The notes beneath the pieces are model-generated. The model saw nothing but the letters and a program-made list of their open reading frames with translations. It was not told the DNA's origin and ran no database searches. This document shows, piece by piece, positions 10,891-23,859 of a DNA stretch of 64,000 nucleotides. This DNA comes from Selaginella moellendorffii (lineage: Eukaryota > Plantae > Lycopodiophyta): NCBI RefSeq assembly GCF_000143415.4, contig NW_003314263.1:4095628-4159627 (forward strand). The letters are read 5' to 3'. Both the position numbers and the translations under genes were made by a program. Position 1 is the first letter of the stretch. Every line of letters starts with the position of its first letter.

Positions 10891-13800
10891 TTAATGAGCA
10901 TACAAGGTTTCGTTCCTCCGTAGTGGCCGGTCGGGTATAGTTCCTGTGCACGAATCAAGCGTTAGTATAAAAGTAGAGCGAAGAAAGCTATGGGCTTTAC
11001 CAGGCTTGAATTTGGAGGCCTCGTGTCTCGACAGCTCTGGAGGAACAGGACTGTTGCTCTGCACAAGCATCTGCGTGAAAAGGAAACCTCTCTAAATCAG
11101 CCACAAGCACACGAGACTATCAGAGCGTTACCTGCTTTAGATCGTAAAACACTTCGGTATCTCCCAAAGTTAAGAACGTCGTGGCCACGCCAGTCTTGCC
11201 CGCGCGACCAGTACGACCTGGAAAAAATGTTTAGCTCTCAGAAACCGCGGGGAAAAACAAAAAACTAAACTTACCGATCCTGTGCGTATACATCTCGATG
11301 TTATTCGGCATATCAAAGTTAATGACATGGGCTACGTCCTGCAAACTCGACGTGAGTTGTTTTGATTCCAAGAGAAGTAGAATAAGAAACCAACCGGGAT
11401 ATCGATTCCACGACCAGCGACGTCGGTGGCAACGAGGCAGTTGTAGCGTTTGCTACGAAATCCTTCTAGGCTGATCTGTTAAAAACACGGACTACGTAAC
11501 AAAAAGAACCAAAAAGAAAGAGGAGCCTTTGGACCTCACGCTGTTCTTGAGTTTTCCCACCGTGCAAGGTCGTCACTCGGTAGCCCAGCTTATCGAGTTG
11601 CCTTGCTAGACCGTCGGCAGCTTTCTTGGTGTTGACAAACACGATGGCCGTCTTGTCCGCAAGATCATTCAACATGCGCTGTAATCTGCAATGAAAAAAA
11701 GAGGTGAGCTCCAATAAAAGGCATATGTACAGACCTGTCGAGCTTCTCAGAATCCTTGACCATGAGAACATTCTGCGTGATGAGATCCGTTGTTTTTCCA
11801 GCAGTTCCAATTGTAACTACGACCGGATTACGTAAGTACTTCCGTGCAAGCCTTTCCACGGCAGGCGGCATCGTTGCACTAAACATGTAAGTAGTTCTGT
11901 AAATCTTTTTCTCATCCAGTTCCTACAAGAGATCAAAACAACTTAGTACGACGTTTATGAGACGCTCATACTTTCATACCGCGTCCTCGTTCTCGGGTTT
12001 GAGATTACTAGACGGCATAGCATCAAGAACACCGACCACCTGCATTTCTTGAATTAATTCTCAATTCACATAAGAATGAGAACATGTACCTGCGGCTCAA
12101 ACCCCATATCGATCATGCGGTCCGCTTCATCTAGTACCACGTAGTTGCACTGATTGAGAACCGCATATCTACACAGACAGACAGACAGACACACACACAC
12201 ACACACACAATCGTTTCAAAGTTACAGGAAGGAGTGTCGTTCTACCTGCGTTCAAGGCAATCCAAAAGCCTTCCAGGCGTAGCAATCACGATCTCGCAAC
12301 CCTGAAAGAAAAGAAAATCTTGGTAAAATGCAGCACTATATAAAAATGAGAAACCTGGCGAAGTTTAAAACCTTGCTCCTCTATTGATTGTCCTCCAACA
12401 ATTGACACCACATGTATATCCTGATAAACAGCGCAACTGGAAAAATATATAAAAAGACAGCAAAATCGTACCAAATAATGTGCAAATTTCACAGTTTCTT
12501 CTTCAATTTGCTGCGCAAGCTCCCTCGTAGGAGCCATGACAACCGCATAAGGTCCTAAGAAACACTGTTAAGGATACAGAAATTATATAGAGCATAGTAC
12601 CTTCGGCTTCGTTCTCTTCAGTCATGGGAGGAAGCCTTGATATGTACGTGAGCATTGGTAGCACAAACGCAGCTGTTTTGCCGGATCCTACATGCAGCAG
12701 AACAAAATAAACTGTAGAAACGAGAAAAGCAGCTCTCTGATCCGCTTTCGTACCCGTTTCCGCAATACCAATGACATCTCTTTGTTGAAGACCGAGTGGA
12801 ATTGCAGCCATTTGGATGGGAGACGGATTCTTGTACCCAGCCTTGTTAACAGCCTTCAATAGCTCAGTACTAAGGCCACCTTCTTCCCAGTTCCGCATAG
12901 GCCGCGGGATGCGGGATCCCTACAACGACATTCCTGTGAGAAGAATGAACAGTTTACGCAATAGGCGCACGGATCACAGTTTTTCACCTTGTATGAGATG
13001 TTGAAATCCTCTCGGAAAATACGCCAATCTCTCTCAGTCATATCCTCGAGCTGGTCAAGCCAAGGACACAAGCTCATCTCAGTAAAGTAAAAGATTCTGT
13101 TAAGTTTCATCACCTTCTTCTCTGACCAATGCCGATCTACACGCATATCAAATGCATCGTATGCATTCGCAGCCTCTTCCTTGAGTTTCTGAGCCTTTGC
13201 TTCCTCCGGCTTTTCTTCAAGTCCCTTGGTTGCCTATCATAATTTTTCATATTAGATTCGCTTGAAGCAGTATGAAAACGCGTACCCGTATTTCAGCTCG
13301 CAGGTCCTTCTCATTCTTTGCAGCAAGCTACACAAGAAAGATCAGTCACAAAAATGTTTGACATATATCCGACCTTCTTTTGCTCCCTTCGATCCATGCC
13401 GGCACGAAATCCTCGGCCAAAAAGCAACTGTGCTTCGTGAGGATTTTGATATCTGAAAGAAGAAAAGAAGTATCAGACCTCAAACTAGAACGGCAACTTT
13501 CTGTACGTACATCGGGTTCATGTCTCTTGAAGTATCTTCTGTATTTTCCCAATCGAATGAGAATCTGAACTTTTCGCTTGGCTTCACAACACGTTTCTTT
13601 AGCTTTTTTGTTCCAAGATACTGGTCAAAAACGACGTTAGAAGGGATGGGAAATAAAACTACTAGAAATATTACCTGTTCTTTGATTGCATCCATCTCTT
13701 TCTCTCGTTCTCTGTTAGCCTGTTTCTCGACGCGTTCACGCTCCCTAACTTTTGCTTCCTCTTCCCGTTGCTCTCGGCGCTCGCGGTCTCTTTCACGTTC

Positions 13801-14861
13801 AAGATCTCGCTGGCGAATTTCTGAAGAAAAAAATACGTAAGAACGGAATCACCTTTCGAAAAAGAAGAAAGTTACCTTCTTGAGATTTCTGTGTTGTATA
13901 CAATTTCCGCTGCTCTTCGACCCTGCAAAATATAACAGAGAGTCATATCAAGCTAAACCGCAACTCTGGCTACCTCCGCTTATGTTCGGAGGCTTCTTCT
14001 TCACGTTTTTTAAGAGCAAGTTCCTGCCTTTGCTCTTTAGTGAGAAATAACGGCTGCCAAACATGTAAAGTTACATTAACACTAGCCACGAAAAATGCAA
14101 AACCCATGCTGAGCAAAGGGAAAAAGCACAGTCGAACGAGCATTCACCTTAGACTGTTGGAGAGCATCCTCCTTGCGCTTCTTCAACATATCCTCCAAGG
14201 AAATCGGCTGGAACGAACAAACGCAAGTCTGCTAAGCACGCAAAGCAAGCGGAAAAGCGAGAAGCAACTTTACCTCTGCCCGCTTGGATTCTTCCTGAGT
14301 AGTCGTGGCAGTCGTGCCAGCAGAAGCCTGATCGTTTTCATCGTCTCCACTCTCCCCAAGTTCACCATGAATTTCCTGGGCTTCACTGGCTAGCTCATCC
14401 GACTTCTCGCTGTTTAGCACCTCCTTTCTATCCTTTCTATCTCGATCCACACTCCTACTCCTGCTCCTGGCATTCCCAGCCTTGAGACGATCACGGCTTT
14501 GGCTCCTCCTACTTCTCCTCTCTCTACTCAAGCTCCGGCTGCGGTGCCGACCCCGGTGCTGCTGCTGCTGCTGCCTCTCATTCCGCCTGGATTTGGCAGC
14601 GGCATCACAGCTAGGGCTCTGGCGCTTCTCCACGCCGCGCTTCCTCTCCGCGCTCTCGCTCCTGCTGCGCTTCCTCTCGCGATCCCGCTCCCGCTCCCTA
14701 TCCCTCTCCCGCGATCCGTCGTACCTGGCGCTGTGGCCGCGATGATGCTCGTCTCTACCGCCCGGGGGGCTCCTGCTGCGAATGCGCTTCCTGGAGGATG
14801 CGCTAGGGCTGCCGCGATCCGCCATGGCCTCCCTCCCCCGCTTGCCAGCTTCGGGCGCCAT
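10891..14861 (-). CDS. PRP28: DEAD-box RNA helicase PRP28/DDX23 (plant RH21), many exons
   Basis: RS-rich N-terminus; [65 protein letters not shown]; last exon [17 protein letters not shown]-stop at 10891. Confidence 0.95.
12171..12209. repeat. Compound (CAGA)n(CA)n microsatellite in a PRP28 intron
   Basis: acacagacagacagacagacacacacacacacacacaca. Confidence 0.9.
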
Positions 14862-15007
14862 GGCCACAAACCCTAAACAGGGGCCCTAGGGCTGAGTCAG
14901 CTTAATTAATCAAGAAAAAGCTATACACTTTATTACTTTAAACCCTTCCATCTATCAGTTATATATTAGGTCAAAGAGTATAGAGAGAAAGAGAGAGAGA
15001 GAGAGGA
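14862..15007. promoter_or_regulatory. Short bidirectional promoter with telo-box and GA tract
   Basis: AAACCCTAAA at 14868, TATA-like tatatatt near 14960, (GA)n at 14983-15005, between divergent ATGs. Confidence 0.55.
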
Positions 15008-15568
15008 ATGGCGCTTTTGGGTATGAGCACCGAGGAGTACACTTGGCTTTTCCAGCAATTCCAGCTGCCCATGGAAGAGCGCAACACCAAAGCCATCCTC
15101 ATCAAGCATCTGGAGGAGGTATGGCGCTCGATCGAGCAAAGAATCATGCAAATGGATCACTGCTCTTCTCCATTCTTGTCATCTTGAAGGTCCTGAGGCT
15201 GCATGGAGTTCGCAGCAAGCTCATCTTCCGGAACAAGGTGGGAATCGTTTTCCTCCTCCTCGATCGCGATCGGCTAAGGAGCTTTTGTTCTTTGCACGAT
15301 TCCAGGGCCAGATGCTCGAAGCCCTGGACAACACGAGGATGATGAGCATGATGCGCTCCACAGTGGGTTCTGTCGAGATCGCGGGAGCTCCCATCAATGC
15401 CAAAGCCGATCTCAAGGCGCTCAAGTGGAACGACGGGAAGATCCTTGAAGTGGTGAAGCTCGAGCCTCCTCAGCGAGCTCCGATCGATCCCATGGAACGA
15501 AACCCTCCAGAGGTACTTCGCCTAGAGCTTGTTTACTTCTCTAGAGTCCCGATCTTTTCCAGGCTTGA
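15008..15568 (+). CDS. Small spliced protein of unknown function, about 123 aa; exons 15008-15118, 15190-15237, 15306-15512, 15563-15568
   Basis: Three phase-0 GT-AG introns give an uninterrupted frame MALLGMSTEEYTWLFQQFQLPMEERNTKAILIKHLEE|VLRLHGVRSKLIFRNK|GQMLEALDNTRMM..KWNDGKILEVVKLEPP..NPPE|A; last intron least certain. Confidence 0.65.
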
Positions 15569-15619
15569 AAGAAAGGGAGAAGCGCGCGCCGGGGCATCAC
15601 TCTTCTTCAATCGCTTCTA

Positions 15620-16130
15620 TCTTCCAGCATTTTTTCTCGAAAATGTTCTTGAGCGAGCTCCAAAACCGTGATGCCGCTGTTCTATGAGAAAAACCACGAT
15701 ATGCTGATATGGAGCTTCTTCATATCCATGCCTTTCTGGGACGAGATCTTTACAAACACAGTGCTCAAAGGTGATGATCACTGCATATGCCCAGATCGGG
15801 GATTTGCAAACGTTGCATTCAAAAATCACTAAGGTGGCCGCGTTCTTCTCTCGAAGGATTTTTTGTGGCCCGAGCTTGAGAGACGTTTGATTTGATGCCA
15901 CAAAGGAATGTTGGAATTCGATGATTTGTGCAGTTGCCCAAGCTGGGTGCTTGGAGGAGGCAACAGTGGTGCTTGAGAAGAAACCACAACACAAACAAGC
16001 TTCGTATTTTCTTCTAATGCTTCTTTACAGCGAGAAGCAAACGATCGATTATCTTATGTCAATGTTCCAGCGGCTTGTGGAGAGGAATGTTGTGGTAATG
16101 GACATTGCTCATATCAGCAAATGCCCGTGG
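15620..16130 (+). pseudogene. Degenerate 5' part of a paralog of the PPR gene at 19708-21639
   Basis: Colinear DNA matches with deletions: 15720~20040, 15775~20170, 15880~20311 (gagacgtttgatttgatgccacaaaggaatgt), 15920-16130~20358-20570; frameshifts. Confidence 0.85.
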
Positions 16131-16632
16131 AGGGGATTTTGGACGAACGCTCTCTGTAATTACATGCTTCTTAACAGTACGCGACCGCTTAAGACACTGC
16201 TGGATTATGGAGAATACGATGGGAGGAAGCATCATCTTGAAGTGGAGCGAGCAAGAAATTCATGGATGGAGATGGATTGGATGCGCAGCCGCAACGGAAG
16301 GAGAAATTTTTGCGTGCTGGAGAGTGGTATCATACTGTGGCACACACATCGCTGATGTGCATTTGCGCAGCTGTGATGAAGGCAAGAAGCAACGTGGCTG
16401 CTCGACAAGTGTATTCTAATGCGGAGAAGATCAATCGACTGCCGAGTTTTCTGCGAGAATCAGTGGGACAAGCACCACGGAAGAAATCGTATTTCTTCTC
16501 GTCAGTGGACCACCAGTTCTAACGAGACTGGACTAAGTGCGACCCCACCGTAGCGTCTTCGTCTTGTTCATTCTCCAGTGCTCTTAGAGGTCACTATATA
16601 ACGTGGATCAAAATCCGAACTTGGAAAGCGGA

Positions 16633-19313
16633 ATGTCCATCACTGGTCTTTTTTTCATAGTTCTAAGCATCCTCTCGTGGAACAAGGCAGCAGGCATCGA
16701 GGACGAGCGTCAGGTACTTCACGGCCATCTTTCTACATATATTTACTACTTGGTTCTGTTTTTGCAGATTTATATCGTGTACCTCGGTGGAAAAGGCAGT
16801 CGCCACAGTTTGCAGCTGGTCCACAGACACGGCAAGATTCTCGATTCTGTCACGAGCAGGCAAGAAGTGATCGTGCTCCAAAGTATAGCCCGTACTGACT
16901 TTAAAACTCACACGACAGTGAAGTCGAGTCCCCTGAGATCGTCTACAGCTACAAGCATGGATTTGATGGATTTGCTGCCAGGATGACCCCGAAGCAGGCA
17001 AAAGCTATTGCAGGAATGCGGGACGTGGTCAGTGTGTTCCCGAGCAAAACTCTGCAGCTGCATACAACGCGGTCCTGGGAATTCCTGGAAACGTTTTCGA
17101 CGGGTCGCTCATACTCGAGACGCAGACTTGGAGAGGGAGCCGATGTCATCGTTGGCGTGATGGACACAGGTACATAGGTTCAAGAGTTGACAAAAGTGAT
17201 ATATATATATATCAAGTTACTCTCTCTTTCCTGAAGGTATATGGCCAGAGTCTGCAAGTTTCAGCGATGATGGAATGTCATCTCCTCCCAGCCGATGGAA
17301 AGGATTCTGCAACAACGCTGGTGTGAATCCCGTGAAATGCAACAAGTAAGTTTCACGATAGTACCGTTCTAAAGACGAAAGAAAACGAATTATTTATGGA
17401 GCAGCAAGATCATCGGAGCTCGTTTCTACAACGCGGAGAGCGCAAGAGATGAAATAGGCCACGGATCACACGCTGCATCCACCGCGGCTGGCAGTGTCGT
17501 CTCCAACGCGAGCATGAAGGGTGTTGGCAGTGGAACAGCCAGGGGTGGGCTTCCATCGGCCAGGCTCGCAGTGTACAAAGTGTGTGGGATCGATGGCTGT
17601 CCCATCGCAGACGTCCTCAAGGCCTTTGATGACGCTATGGACGACGGGGTGGATATATTATCTCTTTCGCTTGGTACCTCGCCGGAGAGCTACGACGAGG
17701 ATGGCATCGCGATTGGAGCCTTCCATGCCATCCAGCACAACATCACTGTGGTTTGCTCCGCTGGGAATTCGGGTCCCGACGAATCGTCCGTCTACAACTC
17801 GGCCCCTTGGATTTTCACGGTCGGAGCAAGCACCATTGACAGGTCCATTGCGTCCGACGTCTATCTTGGAGATGGAAAGACTCTACGAGTGAGCAAAAAG
17901 TTGGCTTTTCTTTCTCATCACCTTTCTACTACTTCACTTCGCAGGGAACGGCCTTGAGCTTTCAAGCTCAGAAAGAACCACCTTACAGCCTCGTGCTTGG
18001 CTCTTCCATTCCTGCTAATGAATCTATCCATGCCTCAGCAGCCAGGTGAAAGTGCTTCAAACACTCTCTTTTTTGTTCTTCAATAGTGGCTCATAGCTTA
18101 CTTTGCAGCACCTGTGATCCAGACAGTCTAAATCCCAAGCGAGTAGAGAACAAGATCGTCGTCTGCGAGTTCGATCCCGACTATGTTTCCACGAAAACAA
18201 TCGTGACATGGTTGCAGAAGAACAAGGCCGCTGGTGCCATCCTCATAAACGACTTCCACGCAGATCTCGCTAGCTACTTCCCCTTGCCTACGACCATCGT
18301 GAAAACAGCCGTGGGAGTCGAGCTGCTATCCTACATGAACAGCACCACCTCACCAGTCGCTACACTGACACCGACAGTGGCAGAGACTTCCAGTCCAGCT
18401 CCAGTAGTTGCCGGATTCTCTTCAAGAGGTCCAAACTCCATCAGCGAAGATATAATCAAGGTACCACCTATCAATTCGTTATCAAGATCATTGGTCTTTG
18501 TTGCAGCCTGATATTACTGCTCCAGGAGTAAACATCCTTGCGGCCTGGCCGGATATCGTTCCAGCGTACTATGAGAACTACGACACGAACAAGCCCGTTT
18601 TTGTGAAGTATAACTTCGCCTCCGGAACCTCCATGGCGTGTCCTCACGTCGCGGGAGCCTTGGCCATGCTAAAGTCTGCATATCCTTCTTGGAGTCCCGC
18701 GGCTCTAAGATCTGCGATCATGACCACAGGTAACTCTCTACCACCTTTTCTCTTCCCCAGTCTCATACAAGCCTTTGAGTCTCCAGCGACAACTCAAAAC
18801 GACGGCATACTCGACTATGATGGAAGCCTGAGCAATCCATTTGCTTACGGCTCCGGCCAGATCGATCCCTTGAGATCTCTAAGTCCAGGACTGGTCTACG
18901 ACGCAACACCCTCCGACTACGTCGCTTATCTCTGTGCCACTGGCTACAGTGAGAGCAAAGTCAGGATGATCGCAGGAAAGAAGAACACGAGTTGCTCCAT
19001 GAAGAATTCCAACCTCAACTATCCTTCCATCGCCTTCCCGAGATTGAGCGGCACACAGACCGCTACCAGGTACCTGACGAGCGTGGATTCTTCTTCGTCC
19101 TCCTCGACTTACAAAGTAACAGTCAAGATACCATCGACGCTGAGCGTGAGAGTGGAGCCAACGACGCTCACATTCTCGCCAGGAGCAACGCTGGCCTTCA
19201 CTGTCACTGTTTCGAGCAGCTCCGGCAGCGAAAGCTGGCAGTTTGGATCCATAACTTGGACGGATGGGCGACACACGGTGTCCAGCCCCGTTGCTGTGAA
19301 GACCATGGCTTGA
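16633..19313 (+). CDS. Secreted subtilisin-like serine protease (S8A, I9 prodomain, PA and Fn3-like domains)
   Basis: Hydrophobic signal peptide, IVYSYKHGFDGFAARMT, LHTTRSW, VGVMDTG, GHGSHAAS, SAGNSGP, FSSRGPN, SGTSMACPHV, LNYPSI. Confidence 0.95.
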
Positions 19314-19334
19314 TCATGATTCTTATGGAGTAGA

Positions 19335-19510
19335 CGGGGTTGCGAGGCAGAAGAGTTGACAGCATGCCTTTCACTCCCGACGACGTTTCATGTGACTACA
19401 GAACGTTGTGGAGTGTGGGAACGAGTAGTCAGTAACATCTTCTACTTACAACATGGTCAAACGCTCAAGATTCCAGCAAATCCTTACATCCTTCTTGCTA
19501 ACCTTACATT
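19335..19510 (+). pseudogene. Degenerate 3' end (E domain) of the PPR paralog
   Basis: gaggcagaagagttga..cagcatgcc.ttcactcccga and agtaacatcttctacttacaaca match 21445-21630. Confidence 0.85.
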
Positions 19511-19740
19511 CTAGAGCAGTATCATCACCAAAAGCAAAACTCCAGATTCAAATAGTATATGAATGAACTTAAAAGACACTCGGGCTAAGGCCGACGAGAG
19601 CTAGTTTTTGAAGACATCTGTCAACTTCCAAGAACGAAAGCTTGCAGCGGTTTCTCGAAAATGTTCTCGCGATCATAACAGATTCCAGCCTTTAAGTTCC
19701 ATCCAGTTTGAGTCGATTCAAACCAGGTGTTCTTTCTTGC

Positions 19741-21639
19741 ATGATCTTGAAGAAGGTAGGGCCGCAATTTAACAGGAGTAACAAGTTTTGGAGCGACCAG
19801 TTGATCGGGATCCATGGAAGAAGAGGCGATGTTTCAAGAGCTCGCCGGGTTTTTGAGAGCATGGAAGGTCCGGACGTTTTGTCCTGGAACGCCATGCTCA
19901 CGGTCTACACGCACAATGGATTCATGGAGCAAGCAAAGCATTTCTTCGATTCCATGGAGCAGCGGAGTGTGGTGTCGTGGAACATTGTCCTGTCCGCACT
20001 TGGAGAGCTCGATGATTGTTGCTACGAGAGTTTCTTCGAATCCATGCCTTGTTGGGACGTGATCTCCACAAACACGGTGCTCAAAGTTCTGACTGAGCAC
20101 GGAAAAATCGTCCAAGCTCGTGATATTTTCGACAATACAAGCGAGAGGAACCTTGTGTCGTGGTCAATAATGGTCACTGCATATGCCCAGGTCGGAGATT
20201 TGCAAGCCTCCGAGAGCTTCTTTTTAAAGATGGCAGAGGGAAACACGATAAGCTGGTCGGCTATGGTGGCCGCGTATTCTTACGAAGGATTGTTTATGGC
20301 CAGAGCTCGAGAGACGTTTGATTTGATGCCACAAAGGAATGTGGTGTCTTGGAACTCGATGGTCTGTGGATTTGCCCAAGCTGGATGCTTGGAGGAAGCA
20401 GAAGTGATGCTTGAGAAGCAACCGCAACACAACCAAGCGTCGTATGTTCCTCTTTTTCTTCTCTACGGTGAGAAGAAAAGGATCGATGAACTCATGTCAA
20501 TGTTCCAGCGGCTTCCGGAGAGGAATGTTGTGGTTTGGACGTCGCTCATATCAGCATATGCCCGTGGAGGGCAGTATAAAAAGGCGAACGATACCTTTGA
20601 AAGAATTCCATGCAGGAACACTGTGTGCTACAACATCATGCTTCAGATGTACCGCGAGAATCTTAATACTGAGAAAGTTGGCGAGCTTTTTGGCGACATG
20701 CCTCAGAGAAACTTGGCTTCGTGGACGACTATACTTCAAGCAAACGCGGATTCTGGTAATCTTTGCACGGCCACAACGACATTCTGGAAAATGCCGGGGT
20801 GGAGAGTGATAAGCTGGACTTCAATGGTGTGTGTGCTCGTGTCCAAGAGGAAGCTGGAAGAAGCGAAAGTTTACTTTGAGAGGTGCCCCATGCGTGATCT
20901 TATGTGTTGGAACGCTGCAATTTCAGCTTTAGCCACTGCTGGATATCTAGATCACGCAAAAGCTTTGCTCGAGAAAATCCCGGCGAGCAATAATCTGTCA
21001 TGGGCAAGCATGGTAATTGCTTGTGGAGAGAATGGAAACGTGACTCAAGCCAGAGATTTAATCCCTTGGAACGCTTCTCAAGAAACATCAGTCTTGAATG
21101 CTCTGATCGTAACGCATGCCCATAATGGCCATCTTTTCGAAGCAGAAGAAATCTTCGACCAAATGCATGAGAAAAACACGGTTTCCTGGAATTCTATGAT
21201 CGTTGCTTACGCTCAAAAAGGTTGCATCCAAACTGCGTTGGAGCTATCGTTCAGGATGTGCCTTGAAGGTGTCAGCTGCGAGGAGACGACAGTCACAGGG
21301 ATTTTGTTTGCGTTTAGCCACGAAGGAATGCTCCAGGAGGCGCTGTCGTGGTTTAGATCCATGGCTTTTGATCACGACTTTAGACCGTCAGTGGAAAACT
21401 TCCGATGCATGGTAGACATTCTGGCGAGAATGGGAAGGATTCACGAGGCAGAAGAGTTGATTCACAGCATGCCATTCACTCCCGATGACGTTTCATGGGG
21501 AAGTTTGCTGAGTGCCTGTAGACTACAGAACGATGTGGAATGTGGGACACGAGTAGCCAGTAACATCTTCTACTTACAACAGGATCAAAAGCTCCTTAGA
21601 GCAAGTCCTTACATGCTTCTTGCTAGCATAACAAACTAG
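19741..21639 (+). CDS. Intronless PLS-class PPR protein with E-type C-terminus, no DYW domain
   Basis: Repeated (N/D)VVSWN/WT..M motifs; ENFRCMVDILARMGRIHEAEELIHSMPFTPDDVSWGSLLSACR; ORF open from 19708, first ATG 19741. Confidence 0.93.
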   Translation: MILKKVGPQFNRSNKFWSDQLIGIHGRRGDVSRARRVFESMEGPDVLSWNAMLTVYTHNGFMEQAKHFFDSMEQRSVVSWNIVLSALGELDDCCYESFFESMPCWDVISTNTVLKVLTEHGKIVQARDIFDNTSERNLVSWSIMVTAYAQVGDLQASESFFLKMAEGNTISWSAMVAAYSYEGLFMARARETFDLMPQRNVVSWNSMVCGFAQAGCLEEAEVMLEKQPQHNQASYVPLFLLYGEKKRIDELMSMFQRLPERNVVVWTSLISAYARGGQYKKANDTFERIPCRNTVCYNIMLQMYRENLNTEKVGELFGDMPQRNLASWTTILQANADSGNLCTATTTFWKMPGWRVISWTSMVCVLVSKRKLEEAKVYFERCPMRDLMCWNAAISALATAGYLDHAKALLEKIPASNNLSWASMVIACGENGNVTQARDLIPWNASQETSVLNALIVTHAHNGHLFEAEEIFDQMHEKNTVSWNSMIVAYAQKGCIQTALELSFRMCLEGVSCEETTVTGILFAFSHEGMLQEALSWFRSMAFDHDFRPSVENFRCMVDILARMGRIHEAEELIHSMPFTPDDVSWGSLLSACRLQNDVECGTRVASNIFYLQQDQKLLRASPYMLLASITN

Positions 21640-22142
21640 ACAATGTGTATAAATATGTAATCGAAAGGAGGACAGTCGGTTTCATCCGCAATTGCTACCT
21701 CCCCTCTCTGAATTGAACAAGGTCTATTTGTTTCTCTGAAGAAGACTATCAATGATTCAAGTTTTTGCTGGTCCTCCTTCGATTGATAGACAATAGGCTT
21801 CTTGTTCTGGAACATAGCAAAGGTAATTGTATGGGCTGATTGTCCACACCAGATTTCTGAAGTAGAGCTTTGAAAACCCTCCAGTTTAATCAGCATTGAT
21901 GGGAGCTCCCATCATCTTGACTGAGGAGAAAAGTCCAGAAAACGATAGCATTGCAAACTCCATAAGAAGGCCCAGTGCTTTCGGCGCTTAGGTATGGGCC
22001 GTTGACTATTTCTTGTCGTTGACCTGACCATTAGATGGGAACCGGCTGGACCTGGATCGTGTTGGGCCAGAAACGCTTGCTTTGGAGTTCGGAACACACT
22101 TATGCTTGTCAAGTTCGAGCTTTGTCAACTTGAAATCTAGAT

Positions 22143-23852
22143 CTATCTCTTACTCTTGAATTTCTTGGATTTGTCCAGCATATCCACCATTGCCGACGTT
22201 CGGTACGACTCATCATCTGAGGGTGTCTCTTGTACCAGGCTTTCTGAAAGAACGCCACCAGTGCTCATTCTTTTAGCACTAGCACCAACACAAGGAGCTC
22301 CATTGCTCCGTGGTTTAGCACCACCACCTCTGCCCCCTCTGCCACCTCTGCCAACTTCGAAAAAGGCGGGGCGCTTCCGTGCTGATTTAAGTAACAAAAT
22401 TCACAAGAGTTAGAACACAAAAGACATCCAAAATGTCTTACCTTTCGCCTGGTACGAAGCTCGCTGGTTGCAGTGAGAATTCCCGTTGGCAAGCAGCACA
22501 GCATGTCCCTCGGAGTGGTAATAGTCCCCCTTCATGCACTGGATCAGCTCGTCGAGTTCTCTCACCAATCTCCTGGACAAGCCATCGCCAGCTCCAAACG
22601 CTCGGGAGCTCTCAATCTTCTGTTTCACGTCCACCAGCACTTGCTTTGCCGACGCCAAGCTGCCAGACCCCAGCTTACGAGCGGCAGCCATCGCCTTCGA
22701 GGCACTCACACGGTTCTTCTGCCTGTCCACCTCGATCTTTGTCGCCTCCTCTTCTTCGCCAGCTTTGAGCTCCTGGATCACCAAGCTCGAAGTTGCAAGC
22801 TGCTGGGTCTTGTTCGACTGCCCAGGGTCTTGAAAGCTTCCCTCAACTTTGAGAAGTTCCATCGACAAAGAGCTCGAGTCGGAGCTAGGCAGCAAGAGCC
22901 CCACCAGGATATCTCTCTCCTCTTCCGCATACAGGGATCCAAGCTTCACTGTCGCAGCTCGATCGCCATCCATGGCCGTCGTCCCGGCGGTGGCTTCCAC
23001 ACTCCTGATCTTCGCTCCGCCACTCGCCTCGATGCAGACTTCCACTTCCTGTGCCACCACGCTAAGCAGCCCGCCAATGCACTGAGCAAACGCGTGCTGG
23101 ACGGTGGACTCCTCTTGCACGTAGCAAAAGCTGCCGCCTGTGGCCTCGGCGATGCTGAGCATGGCCTCGGGATCATGGTCACTTCCAAATCCAAAAGTGT
23201 GCACTGGAACTCGCTCGATCCCATTCTCGAGGTAGGAATCAACAGGAAGAACTTTGCATCGCTTGAACGTGATCGCATTGTCCATCCCGTCCGAGAGAAG
23301 CATGATGCTCGACACCGGGTTCCTGTTCCTGCGCCGCGAGAGAAGATCGAATCCAGCCTTTAGCCCCGGACGGATCTCGGTCCCTCCCAGGGTCCGCAGC
23401 TTCTCCACTGCACTGAGTGCCGCCTCTCGACCGTCGTGGGTCATCCTCTTGAGACCGAGATGGACTTTGGGCTCGTCCGAGAAGGAGACGATCGCGAGGC
23501 GGTCCTGCTGTCGCAAATTCCGGATCACAAACTCCATGGCGGTCTTGACGAGCTCCAGCTTCTGGCCGCGCATGCTGCCGCTCACGTCCAGCACTGTCAC
23601 CAGATCGACCGGGGCGCGAGCATCGGCGGCGGCCAAGCTATCGTCTTTGGGAGCTTTGAGATGAACGAGCGCTGTAAAGCATCGCTCTTCTTCTTCTTCT
23701 TCTCCCCTGGCCTTGATCTTGTCGACCTCGCCGATGATCTTGAGCTCCGGCTGCTCGCCAATCACTAGCCAGCCTAGCTCCTCGCTAAGATGGACGATCT
23801 CGTCTTCCTGGAGCGCGCTGCTTACCTCGGAATTCTCAAACCCTGCCGCCAT
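22143..23852 (-). CDS. vWA-Vwaint protein lacking the N-terminal RING; exons 23852-22442 and 22381-22143
   Basis: RAPVDLVTVLDVSGSM, MLLSDG, VHTFGFGSDHD, LYAEEERD, SHCNQRAS; second exon ends YRTSAMVDMLDKS. Confidence 0.9.
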
Positions 23853-23859
23853 GTTCTCT

